Assembly: GCF_002571385.2 (NCBI RefSeq)
Contig: NW_019217784.1
Location: 1,049,387-1,113,386, forward strand
Source: Stylophora pistillata
Taxonomy: Eukaryota
Direction: 5' to 3'
DNA: 64,000 nt
A program made the translations under genes and the position numbers. Of this stretch, positions 49,016 to 61,416 are shown piece after piece (within the stretch, counting starts at the first letter, position 1; every line of letters starts with the position of its first letter). The notes under the pieces were generated by a model that was not told the DNA's origin, did no database searches, and saw only the letters and a program-made list of their open reading frames with translations.

Positions 49016-51909
49016 TCAGTAGATTGGCCCTTCATCCATGTCGTCATCTTCCATAAAGGCATCTTCGTCATCATCAAAGTGTGACACCAAGTAATCATTT
49101 TCCTGAAAGGTTTATAAATTGTTAAAATAAGCCAGTCAGTCGTCTCTCAATGAATAGCCTTAGCACCCAAATTCATTTGGTAAGTTAAGTTTATAACAAA
49201 AGGAAAAAAAATATGCTTCAAGTATTGATTATTTTTTTACCTCTTCCTGTTCTTCTTCATCATATTCCAGTTCTTCTTCTCCACTCTCTCCTTCTGTTCC
49301 CTCTTCCTCTTGATCATTAGCCTTATCATTATCAACCTCCTTCTGAACCATTTCCTGAAGAGGCAATGTAGATGCAGGATTGATGTACTATTTCAAAAAC
49401 GAGTGCAAGGTTTCATCAGGGTTTCCAAACATGAGAAAACTAATGAAAGCCCGAGGTCACAGGTTTTCAAGTGTTTGGAAAGCCTGACGAAACCTGATCC
49501 ACAAGTTTTTGGGTGATCACCTTTTGAATAATTAATGAGTTTGAAAATAAACGACCAAAACTAAACCTCATCCCACCCTCCCCCCCCCTCACAAATCTAG
49601 TGAATTTCCTGCCAATGAGGAATGTTTATGTGGCACAGTTATTATATAGTGAATTTATTTGCCATGAAAACTCAGTGGTGTCTCTCTATTTAGAAGTAAA
49701 TGAACAGAATTTAAATATGGGACCACTTTTCACAGATAATGTATTATGGTATTACTAGTAGACAATGTATTTGTTTATTCCAAACTCTAATAAGCAGGTC
49801 TGCCAGGTGTACAAATTAGTCATCAACCATACAGAATAATTTAAATATTTTCATACCTCTAGCTGCTTCAAGGCCTCCACACCAGCACTATTCTTTTTGA
49901 TTTGTTTGACAATTCTTGGTCCTTCCAAAAGGACAAAAAAAATAAAATAAATACTTAGTGAAGGTGTTTCTTCTGAATCAAATAACCTTTTTTTTGAATA
50001 CCCTTGAATAATAATTTACCCAACAAAATATGAAATGACTCTCAATATTGAAATGTAAGTGCATCGGCAGTAGAGTGCGCTGGTGTTAAGATTTAAAACT
50101 TAAGTCTTGTCCCTGACCAACAACAGAGTATAAGGTAATCAGTTGGGAGAATTAAATTTCAAACCTTGTGGGTGACAAGAAAACAATAAGAAGTAAGGGT
50201 TGTTTCAATCAAGAATGACTATTTAGAGGACTGTTTCTTGTTTTTGTAGTATTCATACTTGCATTCCTGGGAGTCCTGTGTCTTTTCACCTTTATTTTCA
50301 ACTCATTTGGAAATAATGTCCAGTCTGGCAGGAATGAAAAAGACAAGTCTGGTTGATGATGATGTGTATTTTTAATATACATGTTCTTTTATACATGCAT
50401 GCACTATTGATCATAAAATCCTAGGGAAATTCCCATCACCTGGTTGCCAGTCCAATCCTTGTTTTTTCTTTTCTCTGTATCTGTCTGAAAACCTCTCAAT
50501 ATCTGACTCAGAAAAATTAAGAAAATGGCCAGAACCTGTTAATAACTGTGTGTAAATAGAAGATATTACATGGCCGCATTAACACATTAAATTTCTCTTC
50601 AAGTGTTGAAAATTTTTTCATGAGTGGGGGAAATGAACAGGTGAAATATTTTCATTATGAGAAGAGAAATTTTGTATTTCCAAGCTGCCATGTAACATTA
50701 TTTTTATTGCATAAACACCAATGAATAACCAAACCATTCCACTTTCCCTAGCTAAGGCTCGATTTGTTGTGTAACCATAGTAACTGTTATTTTCATGTAA
50801 GATTACATGTTAATTTCATGTGTTTCATTCAATTTGGTGTTTATATAATAAGCAAAGTTATGACATTCAGATCTGAAAATTTTAAACACACTAAGAGACA
50901 ATCATGTTTCTGTGCTTAAAATGATTCAGTTTGACTATTTTCCTGCACCCCTTTTACAAATTATTTACTGGAATGCTTTTACAGAAAAAAAGTATGCTAC
51001 TGATTTGAAAAAACTGACTCTTACCTTTGGACTTAATTTCTGCCTTCACAAAATAAGGTAGTTCACGCATGCACCCTGTTATCTCTTGTTTCAATGCAAG
51101 CATGTATTCATCGGCATCTGTCTGCCTTAATGGCAATGGCTTGATATCTAGAGGCTATAATATTCAGATATGATCTTCATAATTGTAATCATTGTCATTA
51201 ATAAAAATTTAGAGTATTTTGAGAATATGATGACAAAATAGCTGATTAAAAAAGTAACACTTAGAGCCTTCTTCAAAGGATAACCTAGCGTACAAATGGA
51301 GGATGGGAACTACATACAACAACATAATTATGTGACTTTCTCTCTCTTTATACTGGAAGATTTTACTCCACCATCGTCGTCGGTATAATTATAATATTAA
51401 TATATGCAATAAAAAATTAAAATTAAAAAAATAAAGAAAAAAATTGGAAATATAACTATACACTAACTGAAGGATTTTAGACTGGGTTAGTGGCGTCACA
51501 TCATTCGCCGTTATCTGATGTGCCATGAAGGATGAAAATCCAGCTGAGCTTTAAAATTAAGGAAAATTAGAGAAATAGGCAACTGCGCAATATATTGCAG
51601 ACTTAATGTCGGGAATCAGGTCAGAAGTGAAGAGTGTGTTTAATTCAGACCTTACATATGGCCTTCACAACCATAATTACAAATAGATTTTTACGCTTTC
51701 CAGAGTTCGAACCTCAACCAGCTTTATGTTGTCAAATAATTATCGGTGCAATTTCAGTCTGCAAGCGACGCAAAGAATACACCGACCGGATAAAATGGAG
51801 GGGGCTGTTGTATTGCAGCAGGTAATGCTTCTCCTCGCTTAAAGCCAATCATTCCAACGTCAAAAGAAAACCCTCGTCCTCTACCTCTTCCTCGACCTCG
51901 ACCCGCCAT
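49016..51909 (-). CDS. POLR3G: RNA polymerase III subunit RPC7 (POLR3G/POLR3GL family), ~7 coding exons
   Basis: MAGRGRGRGRGRGFSFDVGMIGFKRGEALP...QPPPFYP, LPYFV, DIERFSDRY, DWTLFPNEL, acidic tail ENDYLVSHFDDDE...DEGPIY. Confidence 0.9.
49394..49510 (+). mobile_element. Degenerate hairpin element with apex deleted
   Basis: aaaaacgagtg..ggtttcatcagggtttccaaaca / tgtttggaaagcctgacgaaacc..cacaagttttt inverted arms. Confidence 0.5.
50557..50850 (+). mobile_element. Degenerate (CpG-decayed) hairpin element
   Basis: ttacatggc...aaatttctcttc / gaagagaaattt...gccatgtaa inverted arms at 50566-50695. Confidence 0.5.
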
Positions 51910-52025
51910 CTTAGACGAGTTTCGGACGAAAGACTGGACACGCATCGCGCGTTACTCATTCTCAGGTTCCGGCCGATCACTGTTAGTCACGGAATACATC
52001 ATGTCACAGTTAGATCATACTAACT
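51910..52025. promoter_or_regulatory. Compact bidirectional promoter POLR3G/PGPEP1
   Basis: Divergent start codons ~120 bp apart in a CpG-rich patch. Confidence 0.65.
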
Positions 52026-52031
52026 ATGATC

Positions 52032-52395
52032 ATGTCCGCAGAGAAAGCGACAGTTTTAGTAACAGGTAAGGTGATTGAGGTACATTACATGTTTTGATTT
52101 GCTACCTAATCGATTGTTTTTCCGATTAAAAATCCTTTCGTAAAGGTACATGGGCAAGATTTATGTTTAACGCCTTGCTTCCCTATACATACAAATACTT
52201 GATGAAAGCATTCTTCCTAAGAAACAAAATATAAAGAGGTTAGGTTACCTTTAGTACAAACGCTTTGTTTGAGAAAAGTGTGAGGATATGCAAAAATCCT
52301 TTCCGGGTTGTTTGTACTGAACAGGTTAAAATAGCCCGTATCACATGCGCATTTGATCATATATAAATGGAATTTGCGCACTACAAATATTAAAC

Positions 52396-52446
<51 letters not shown>

Positions 52447-54240
52447 CACAACAATACCGTTATCATTTGGAGGAATGTTGGTGTTGACCTCCATCAAGAT
52501 GTTAATTACGTACTAAATTAATCTCTGTCACGGAATATAGAAGGGTATTGTGAATATGAGGTTCAGGATAATGTGTATACTAAAAGCAACATGATTTGTG
52601 CTGATGTGTAAGTTAAATCTATTTTAAAAAATTGAATTTATATATAGTTTACGTGCTTGGCTCGTTAAAAGAAAAAAAATAGAAAGTTTTTACCCAGATT
52701 TTCTCTCATATTATGGCTTCATGCTAGTGAAGAGTTTGTGGGATTTTTTTTTTTTTTGCTAATAAGGGTCACTATCATTTTGTGTTTCTGTTATTCGGCA
52801 GGGTTTGGTCCATTTGGTGTACACCAAGTTAATACCAGTTGGGAGGCTGTCAAGGTATGCCATGATGCTTCAAAATGTTAATTTTACTACATTCACTGTG
52901 TTAATTGCTTGTTTAATTACTTATGCGATTTTGGCCACATTCAGATAACTGTGTAAGAAGAGATCACCATGTCCATGTTCAATAAATCTGTTCTAACTTC
53001 TTAGGAATTACCAAACACTGATCTTGTAGAAGAAGTCAATTTGGTGATAAAAGAGATTCCTGTGGAGTACAGTGCAGTGGATGAACAGGTTCCTCAGTTA
53101 TGGAATGAAGTAAAACCCAAGGTAACTCCAGAGATATTTATTATTATTAGAAAAGACCTCTTCTTGACATGCAGGGTGCTGACCTCAAATCTCAAATATG
53201 GTGAGGATTGGTAAATAATTAGACAGGTATGAGGATGTAGAATGAGACAGTGCAAAAACTCTGCTAAGAACAATTATGATGGTGTTGATGAGGTTAATAT
53301 TGATGACGATGATGATGATGATGAAAATAATCGGGCATTATTACATTTTCTTTTTGAAGAGAGATTGTATATCCCCTGGGGGTCCCTACTTATACCCCAC
53401 CTTAGCTGCACCCTTGCAACATTGATGTTAAAACTGGAAAACCTTAAGCATGGATGTTCCTCCCTTTATCAGCTCTGTGTACATGTGGGTGTTCATAGTC
53501 TTGCTGATAGCATTCAGCTGGAGATGTGTGGTCGTAACTATGGTTACAACAGACCTGATGAGGCAGGTAAAAAGTGTGAAAAAGGCTGCTGTGTTGATGG
53601 TGAGTTGTTCTTCCTCACTAAGTTGACTGCAGACAAAAGGTATGACAACTATTCTTGTCATCCCTTTTGTCAGCATAGATTATGTTCGTATGGTGGTGCC
53701 CCCCCCTGTCTTCACCCCTTGAGATCACCCTTAGAATCAGGCTTCTTGCTCCAAATATTGATCAGCAAATAGCTACATAGGCCTTAAAATTTTCCTTTGT
53801 GTCTTCAAGGATTGTAAATGTTTCAGCTATGATACTTCATTATACTAAAATAAATTGTGATTTGTTCAGGAGGAGAGGAGTGCCTGTTTACTTCTCTTGA
53901 TTTGGATAGACTGTGCTCTGAGGTGATGACAGCTAAAAGCCCCTGTCTTGTTGGAACTTCTGATGATGCAGGAAGGTTAATATCTGCATTTATTTTGGTG
54001 CTAGCAGAAAAATTAACAACATCAAAAAATTTGGTGTTGATGTAATAATCATGTGTAATTTTGCTTTTCCTTCTCAGGTTCTTGTGTGATTATTCTTACT
54101 ACAAATCTCTTCATCTTGGACAAGGCCGAGGCACTGTGGCATTTGTTCATGTCCCACGGGTAGACTCACCCTATAGCCTTGAGGATTTAGTGATCTCGCT
54201 AAGACTTATTATCTTAGCTATGCTAAAGCAAATCAGCTAG
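52032..54240 (+). CDS. PGPEP1: Pyroglutamyl-peptidase I (C15 cysteine peptidase), 6 coding exons
   Basis: VLVTGFGPFG...NTSWEAV, EIPVEY, VHVGV, catalytic triad IQLEMCGRN / DAGRFLCDYSYY / AFVHVP. Confidence 0.93.
52397..52446. repeat. (TAT)n microsatellite
   Basis: ~16 perfect units in PGPEP1 intron 1. Confidence 0.95.
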
Positions 54241-54950
54241 TGGAACTGTTGAGGTGGGAAGAGCCTCTCAAAGTAGCTGTTAGGACATCTTGAATACTAT
54301 TGAATTTTCTCCTTTCTGTAATTATAAAACACTATTATAAAAAAAAAATACCTAATTAAGAACAGTTATACAAAGCTGATATGGTGTTATTTTTATCACT
54401 ATTTAAATGGAAGACTCCCAAGTGGTCACTTCTTTGCTGCTACAATTTTGCTATTTTACATAACAAGCTAAAGGAGTGAACCCCACAGTTGTCCATCATA
54501 ACAGTAGTTGGCCATAACAGTTATCATACGTTAGTGTTCTAATTAGGTGATCACAAGCACACAGGATGTTGTTGTCATATCTCCTGCAAGACCTCTCATA
54601 CTTGTACTCAGGGGCTCTTACAAGAAAAGAGTTTTTAAAGGATTCCCAATAAAAAAAAGATTGGATTGGGTTTTGGTCTGATACTGATAACTTTCAAGCC
54701 TTATGATACTCGTCATTCTGCTCAAAGTCATCAAATAATCGTTAAATATCTAAGGGCCACCTTATCGTTGTCCAGTTTACTTCACAGGTGTATAAGGAAT
54801 GTCACTTACAAATAAAGTCATGTTTGGAAAATATTTGAAGGCTTCTTTATCTACTGATGATTTATTCGTGACTTGAGCTTATTTGAACAATGATCCTATA
54901 GATGAGGGAAGTCTTCAATTTGTGATTGTGAACTCTGACTGACGCTTTTC

Positions 54951-55050
54951 TTGACTGTGAAAATAACTTCCGGTCAGTTGGTAAGAGCTTCCATCACTTC
55001 CTCAGACGACGATCCTTCTTAGAGCTACCCTCACCCGGACCACATACCTA
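54951..55050 (+). mobile_element. Possible highly decayed Penelope-type terminal repeat upstream of SMN
   Basis: ttgactgtgaaaataacttccggtcag...ctaccctcacccggac resembles, from memory, a PLE terminus; the hammerhead core is not intact. Confidence 0.35.
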
Positions 55051-55244
55051 TTGCTACTCACAGGTCCAAACCACTCCATGTCATACCTATATTAGGTGGA
55101 GATGAAGGTATAAAACGAAGCGAAATCTCACTGAGCTGAGTGGCCAAAGGAGGAAAGAATCCCAGCTCAAGTCCATACGCTGCTAGAGCCAGGTTTCCCA
55201 ATAATCGAATATTGCGCGAGGCTTGGTGATGAAGTAATATTAAC

Positions 55245-58200
55245 ATGGCGGCCAACAGTGGAGATGTTATTTTCAGAGTCGGTGAGGTAAGAAAGCATGG
55301 CATTCACCTCAATTTTAGGGACGTACTCAGGAATGCAATTTAAGGACTTGAGGTCTTTTATGTTAGTGTTTTCTCATAAGTGATTTAACTTCCGTTTAGC
55401 AACAATTCTGAATTCAAGGCCACCAGATGTTACAACACAGCCGTTACCTGATGCGAATTTTGTTAGACCGTCTTTTATGCCCGGGCTTTTATAATAGAAT
55501 GTTACCATTTTTTCTCTCCTCAACTTGAAGAAAATCCCTTTGGAAGCCTTGTCATGTATACTTTAATTTTCCAAACAAAACCAAACCGTAAACATTTTAT
55601 TCCAGGTATCTTAAGTCATAGATCACTACAGCTAGTGAAATGAACTTTGTATTGAGAATGTGTCTTAACATCTCAGAATCTGTTGATGATTTTTCTAGCA
55701 GGCTGACGCGTCAGACATCTGGGATGATACTGCGCTAATAGAGGCATACGATCGAGCAATAAATGCCATCAAGGTATTTGTTGATTGTTGTCCCGTTATT
55801 TTCCCCTGACATTGGGCAGCCTTTTGTTATTCCATGGTTAAAAGTGTTCATATTGTTTTTAAAATTACTTTTCTTCGCTCAGTTTAATTTTAACGTCTCA
55901 GCTATAAATTATGGGTAAAACTACCAATACTTAGTTTTATAATTTGCTGTACATCCAGATTTTATTTGTTAGCATTTTAACAATGTTGTTCTATAGTTTT
56001 AGTGCATGGCTTGTTATTCAATGATATTCCTTTGTTTCTTTAATGACTTTTTTATTGATCAGAATGGAGGAAAGAGTAGTGGCACAAAAGGAAAGAATGG
56101 TGGTAAGAACAGGTATGAGTAAAAACATTGCAGAGACTTTGTTTTCATCATAGAGGGAGAAAGGAATGTTCTGCTTGGAAAAGAAAATTGTGTCAATGAC
56201 AGCAATAACAGAAGTAACAGCTTCATTTTATCCTAACATAGACTGCTGTTAACAAGTTCTTAGCTAAAACATATGGAGTACTCATGCTATGTTTAGTGTT
56301 AAACATAACAGTTTTTCAACTCTTGCTGGCCAGGAAACATCAGTTGTCAAAGAAAAAGGACAAGAAGAAACCAACAGAGCAGGTAATAAAGGCAAGAGTG
56401 ATTCTTGAAAAGCTAGTTTTTTTCATTTAGGACACAAATTATAGAAACAGTGAGTATGAAAGTTTGGGACTGCAAGAGATACTTTCTTAGATTTTTTAAA
56501 TAATTACAATGTAATGTGAGGGTAAGGAAAGTGAAGAAAATTGTTAGCGCAGCAAAAACTTCATTATTGGCAGGGAAAATTTAAAGATTCAATGAGGCTA
56601 AACTGCAGAATACCCTGCCACTCATTTACATGTCATTGAATAAGAATAGCCTCTATTGTGAAGAACGAAGACAACACAATAGAGGCCATTCTTCTTCAAT
56701 GAAATGTAAATGAGTGGCAGGGTATTCTGCAGTTACTCCAAGGTAACAGTTTCTCTTGCATTGTAATCCATCTAAATACTGGGAGGTGTAACTGCATTTG
56801 CTAATAAAACTTTTTATTATTTAAAAGATGTTTTATCATTCAGAGTTTGAGAAATGAATTTTATAAACATTAAAGCTGAAACTTGATGCATCAAACTTTT
56901 ATTTCAGTGGCATGTTGGTGATAAATGCCGGGCTGTTTACTCTGAAGATGAAAAGATTTATGATGCAGTGATAATTTCGCTTAATGGCAGTTCCAGTACT
57001 TGTGTTGTGAGGTTTTGTGGCTATGGCAATGAAGAAGAACAAACCTTGGATGATCTTTTACTGCCATCAAAGAAAGACTTTAAGTCTCCCAAACAAAGTG
57101 GACCTCAGTCTGGCTGGCTGGCATCTCCAGAACAAAATGTAATTCTTTCCCTTAGTTTTGGAGTTAGTGATTGTGCGCAGTACTCTAGATTTTCCAACTT
57201 AATTTTTACTCTCGTTGGGAATGTTTGTTAGAGTTGTGATAATGAAATGGACTGGAGTACTGGGGACCAATCACCCATCAGATGGCAAGTTAGTGACTTA
57301 TGCCTTGCTCCTGAACAACCTAGTCAGCATCTTCATGAAGCAGTTATCAACTCTTTTCCAACATCATACACCTGCAAGGTCACTTTCCTGAGATCCAGGC
57401 AAAGGTTAGAACCTTCATGTTTGTAATAAATCTCTCCATGGGAAAGAAGAACCTTTAAAATTAGTCTTGCTCCCAACTTGTGGTTTTGTTTCGTAGTTGA
57501 TAGTAGTGCCCAACTAGTAGCTGTGGGGCACTGGCTTCTTTTCTGTAATTTCTAAAATTACAGCTCACCCATGAGGATCATGGGTCTATCTAAATTTGAA
57601 AGAGACTACAGTATCAAAGTTTTACTTCTAAATGAAGAATAAAGTATTATTGGTTGAGTTTATTAGCTTCAATGTTTACTATTCAGACAAGATGTTGACA
57701 TATCAACACTGAAGCCTTCACATTCATCACGCCAAGTGCGCCTCAACCGTCACAATCATCGTAGTCATCATCACCCTTACACAGCTGACCAAAGATACCC
57801 TGTGTCAGGAGCTCCATTTACCAGTTATCCATTTCAGTCCAGCCATCAGTCTCCTGTAAGTATTCAGTAATATAGTAGACACGGGTATTGCAATATTATA
57901 CACTATCGAGAAAGAGAGGTCTGTAAATGTCCTCAGAATACTAGCTGTCTTTTGTTTCATATATTTCTCAGTTATTAAATTATTTTCTCAGATGAATTTT
58001 TGTGCACCATTTCCTCCTCCTCCTCCCATACCACCTGTTCTCCTTCCTCATCACTGGCCAGACACCACAGGATTACAACCCTCAGCACCTACAAAAAACT
58101 CTGTAAGTCAAACATTAAAAGCATTTCAAGATTGTTTGGAGCATCAGGGTCTATGAAATAATAATCCCTTATTCAGTGGATAATGACAGGTTGTAATTAA

Positions 58201-59247
58201 GTAATCACTACTTGTCTATCTTTTTTTAAGACAAAATTTATAAATTTTTCAACTCACTGTTTGCAAATGTTATAAAGTTATAGACAGAAGTAAATTAAGT
58301 AAATAAGGGTGTACAATATCGCAAAAAAAAAAAAAAAAACAAACATAAGGGCCTGTCAGTACCTAGAGATATAAAATAGGAAGTTAATGACTTTGCTACA
58401 TGTACTTCTCTTCTCTTCTATTTGAGTCCAGTTTACCCTATTTCTCCTGTGCCATCTACCAAGGGCTTAGTTTGCCATCTACCAGTAGACTCAGATTGTG
58501 TAAAATTGGGTATCTGTTGAGTTTTACGACCAAGAGCAAACAAATTAGGCAAAATACTAAACATAGGAGCAGGGCCAACCTTCCTACCAAAGTCAGTCCT
58601 CAGACCATGAAAGTTTTATCATTTCCAAGGACAGGTCTCAGTAATGTTCTACTGTTCAGATCACAAACCTGTACACCTAAGTCCTGACTCTAGTGGTGCT
58701 TTCCTGTACAAAGGCTGTTAACATTGTCCCACCATTAATTTATTGTATTATGTCAAGTGTACTGTTAGAATTTTTTTTCTCTTTCTTAACAGTTCCCATG
58801 TGCACCTATGCCTCCTCCCCCAGCTCCAGTAAACAGTAGTGATGTTTCTCATGATAATGATGCATTAGCAAGTATGTTAATGGCCTGGTACTTGAGTGGC
58901 TACCACACAGGTTATTATCAGGTGAGTGAATAGGTTGCAAAGTGATGTTCACTAGATTATTATGAAAGTTGATCAAACTAAGGTATTTGTGCATTCTTTA
59001 AATTACTTGGACTGAGAGAGACGATTCTTATTTGTTTGCAAGGACAGTAAAGAAACATATAGATCCATTGCTCTGTTTAGGCATGGTTGTTGTTTTGCAT
59101 ATTTCACAGGCAATGCAGAATCTGCGTCACAGCTCTAACCCAGGATCTGAGGAGCCTCAAGTGTCCACAAGTGATGTTTGTGATACAGATACTAGCAAAC
59201 AGACTTCCGTTGAAATGCAAATCAATGGCCCAACACAGCTGATGTGA
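55245..59247 (+). CDS. SMN1: Survival motor neuron protein (Gemin2-binding helix, Tudor, second Tudor-like repeat, Pro-rich region, YG box)
   Basis: SDIWDDTALIEAYD; WHVGDKCRAVYSEDEKIYDAVI...VRFCGYGNEEEQ; PPPPPIPP; LASMLMAWYLSGYHTGYYQ. Confidence 0.94.
56601..56733. repeat. Near-perfect 133-bp palindrome (foldback MITE) in an SMN intron
   Basis: aactgcagaataccctgccactcatttaca... / ...tgtaaatgagtggcagggtattctgcagtt. Confidence 0.85.
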
Positions 59248-59976
59248 CACATTGTTAAATTCTCTCATTTGCTTACTTCTCAGAATTTACATTTGCAATA
59301 AAAAATTATAATGAACTCCATTACATTTATTCATCAATATATTTATAAACTAACTGCAGGAGTGAGCTCATGACATTTGATTTCTACTCACAAATATGGT
59401 CGATAAATAGAGATTGGTTGACAAATAGTATGCGTAAGATAACCTTCATGCAGGCTCTCTCTTATCAGCCAGACAAGCAGCTTTACCCACAAGATAAATC
59501 AGCCGTGCAATCTGAATTAGTAAACCTGAGCAGACAAGTAGATGGTCATTTGTCTGTTGGGAAGGAATTTCCAAATAATATTTATGTGCTGTGGCATCAT
59601 TTTCTGTTTTTGAGAGTAGACACCTTTTTTAATGCAGTGAAAAAGGTTTTGGCTCTCACAGACAACATCTTACTGCATGAGAAGTTTTTAGTTATTAAGC
59701 ACAAACTAGTCATGACTTCCAGTAAAATATTGACTGGGTGTTCATTGGGTGTAAAGATTGAAAAATTGTCTGTATGCTACACAGAATTCTCTGTGTAAAT
59801 TTTATTTGCCTAAGCTACTTTCCATTCAACAAGGGAGAATATTCACTTGTTGTTTTATGCTATTCTCCTGCTTTTACTTTTCTTAATGCAAACCCTGACT
59901 CCTTGATCTCCCGCAGGTGCATGAGAATCAGTAAAAAGGCCTACAAAGTCATTCATGTGAGTTCTTAATGTTACAA

Positions 59977-61416
59977 TCAATCAAGGTTTGAGGATGCCAA
60001 TACTGTGGACAAAGCTTTAGCATATGCTTTAGGGTTCTTATAAAAAACGCAGTTGTTAGCACAAGTATCAGGGTTTGTGTCCCAGATTGTTAGTCCACAT
60101 GAACACAAGGGAGGAAGAACAATGTTCTTGCTTTGTGCCTTATCTCTTAAAACAGCCTGTAAAGCTTCAATGTATCTCTCTGTCTCCCTCTCTTTTTGGA
60201 GTTTTTTGTGTCTCTTAACCAAGTCCAATTCCCTTTTCTTTGCCTTTTGAGCTTTGAGAAAAGACTCCTCTTCTTTTCTGACTCTTTGCATTTTAAGATT
60301 GTCAATCTGCCGTTGCTCTATCTCGAGGCGTTCAACTTCCTTTTCAACTTTCAAAGTTTCCATTCTTTTACGATGCTCCCTCATCCGAATGTTTTCCCTC
60401 ACCTGCTCCCTCTCAATGTCCATAAACAGCCTCCTGTACACAGCAACTTGAGATTTTGCACGTGCTTTGTTTTCCTCCAATAGCTTAGCAGGCTGTAAAA
60501 GCATTTCAACATATTTGTCTTTTCTCTTGGCTGATGCATCATCATTTTTTTTAAGCTGGCTGTCCCAATCCTCGTTTTCTACCTCTGAATTTTCCTCATT
60601 TTCAAAGTGAACATGTTTTTCAAGTGATAACTGGTCTCCACTTCTTGGCAAACCACTCTCTGGAATGAAGTGATCTTGATCCAAACTTTGGTCTTGTATG
60701 GCATTTTCTCCAATCCAGTAATCACCGATTTCTTTAAGTGAATCACCACTACGAATTTGTGCCTCTGAGTGAGAAACTGGCTTCCTGGATAAACCATGAT
60801 CTTTAGTCGGAGAAGTACGCCACAAGCCTCCAGGAAGGAGTTTACTATATTGCTCAACTTCTACCCCAAGACTTTTGGAACTGAGAACCTTCCTTGCATG
60901 TTTCGAACAATTTCTGATTTTTTTCGCATGTTCATCCAACAGCTGGCTCGCACTATCCACTGCTGTGAAATCTCGCGTCACGCTCCTTTGGATTTTGAGC
61001 TCAGACTCATCCCGATAAACACAATTGTCCCGTCTGACAGTGCTAGGTATAGAACTCTGTCGAACAACATTGCGCTCCACTTCAAAAGCCTCCACCGACA
61101 TGCCATGTTGTTCCTCTCGTTTCATTTGCTCAATATTTCTGACTCTTGTTTTAACCACCTGCTGGAATTCTTTAAGCCTTTCTTCTTTCTCTTGTATAAG
61201 TTTTTTGAGTCGAAGTTCTTCATCACGGGCTCCATGTGAGCTTCTATGAGTCTGTCCACGATGCGGTTCTACCCAGGCCGAAAATGGCAAGATTGCAGAA
61301 GATCGATGTTCTAGTTGCCCCTTCGATCGCGTTTTCTGTGGCGGCTTTTTCTTTGCTTGCAGGTTCGCTCTTATTGGATTGTTTTGAGGCACTCTGAACT
61401 CGATTGAGGTTGCCAT
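59977..61416 (-). CDS. CCDC15: Coiled-coil domain-containing protein 15-like (centriolar), intronless, 479 aa
   Basis: AWVEP, FQQVVKTRV, LPGGLW, YRRLFMDIEREQVRE, C-terminal LPPLCSCG.TIWDTNPDTCANNCVFYKNPKAY. Confidence 0.85.
   Translation of the reverse strand: MATSIEFRVPQNNPIRANLQAKKKPPQKTRSKGQLEHRSSAILPFSAWVEPHRGQTHRSSHGARDEELRLKKLIQEKEERLKEFQQVVKTRVRNIEQMKREEQHGMSVEAFEVERNVVRQSSIPSTVRRDNCVYRDESELKIQRSVTRDFTAVDSASQLLDEHAKKIRNCSKHARKVLSSKSLGVEVEQYSKLLPGGLWRTSPTKDHGLSRKPVSHSEAQIRSGDSLKEIGDYWIGENAIQDQSLDQDHFIPESGLPRSGDQLSLEKHVHFENEENSEVENEDWDSQLKKNDDASAKRKDKYVEMLLQPAKLLEENKARAKSQVAVYRRLFMDIEREQVRENIRMREHRKRMETLKVEKEVERLEIEQRQIDNLKMQRVRKEEESFLKAQKAKKRELDLVKRHKKLQKERETERYIEALQAVLRDKAQSKNIVLPPLCSCGLTIWDTNPDTCANNCVFYKNPKAYAKALSTVLASSNLD

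Noticed and set aside
59370-59798. 142-aa ORF between SMN and CCDC15
   Set aside because: No recognisable motif; lies in the probable 3' UTR region.
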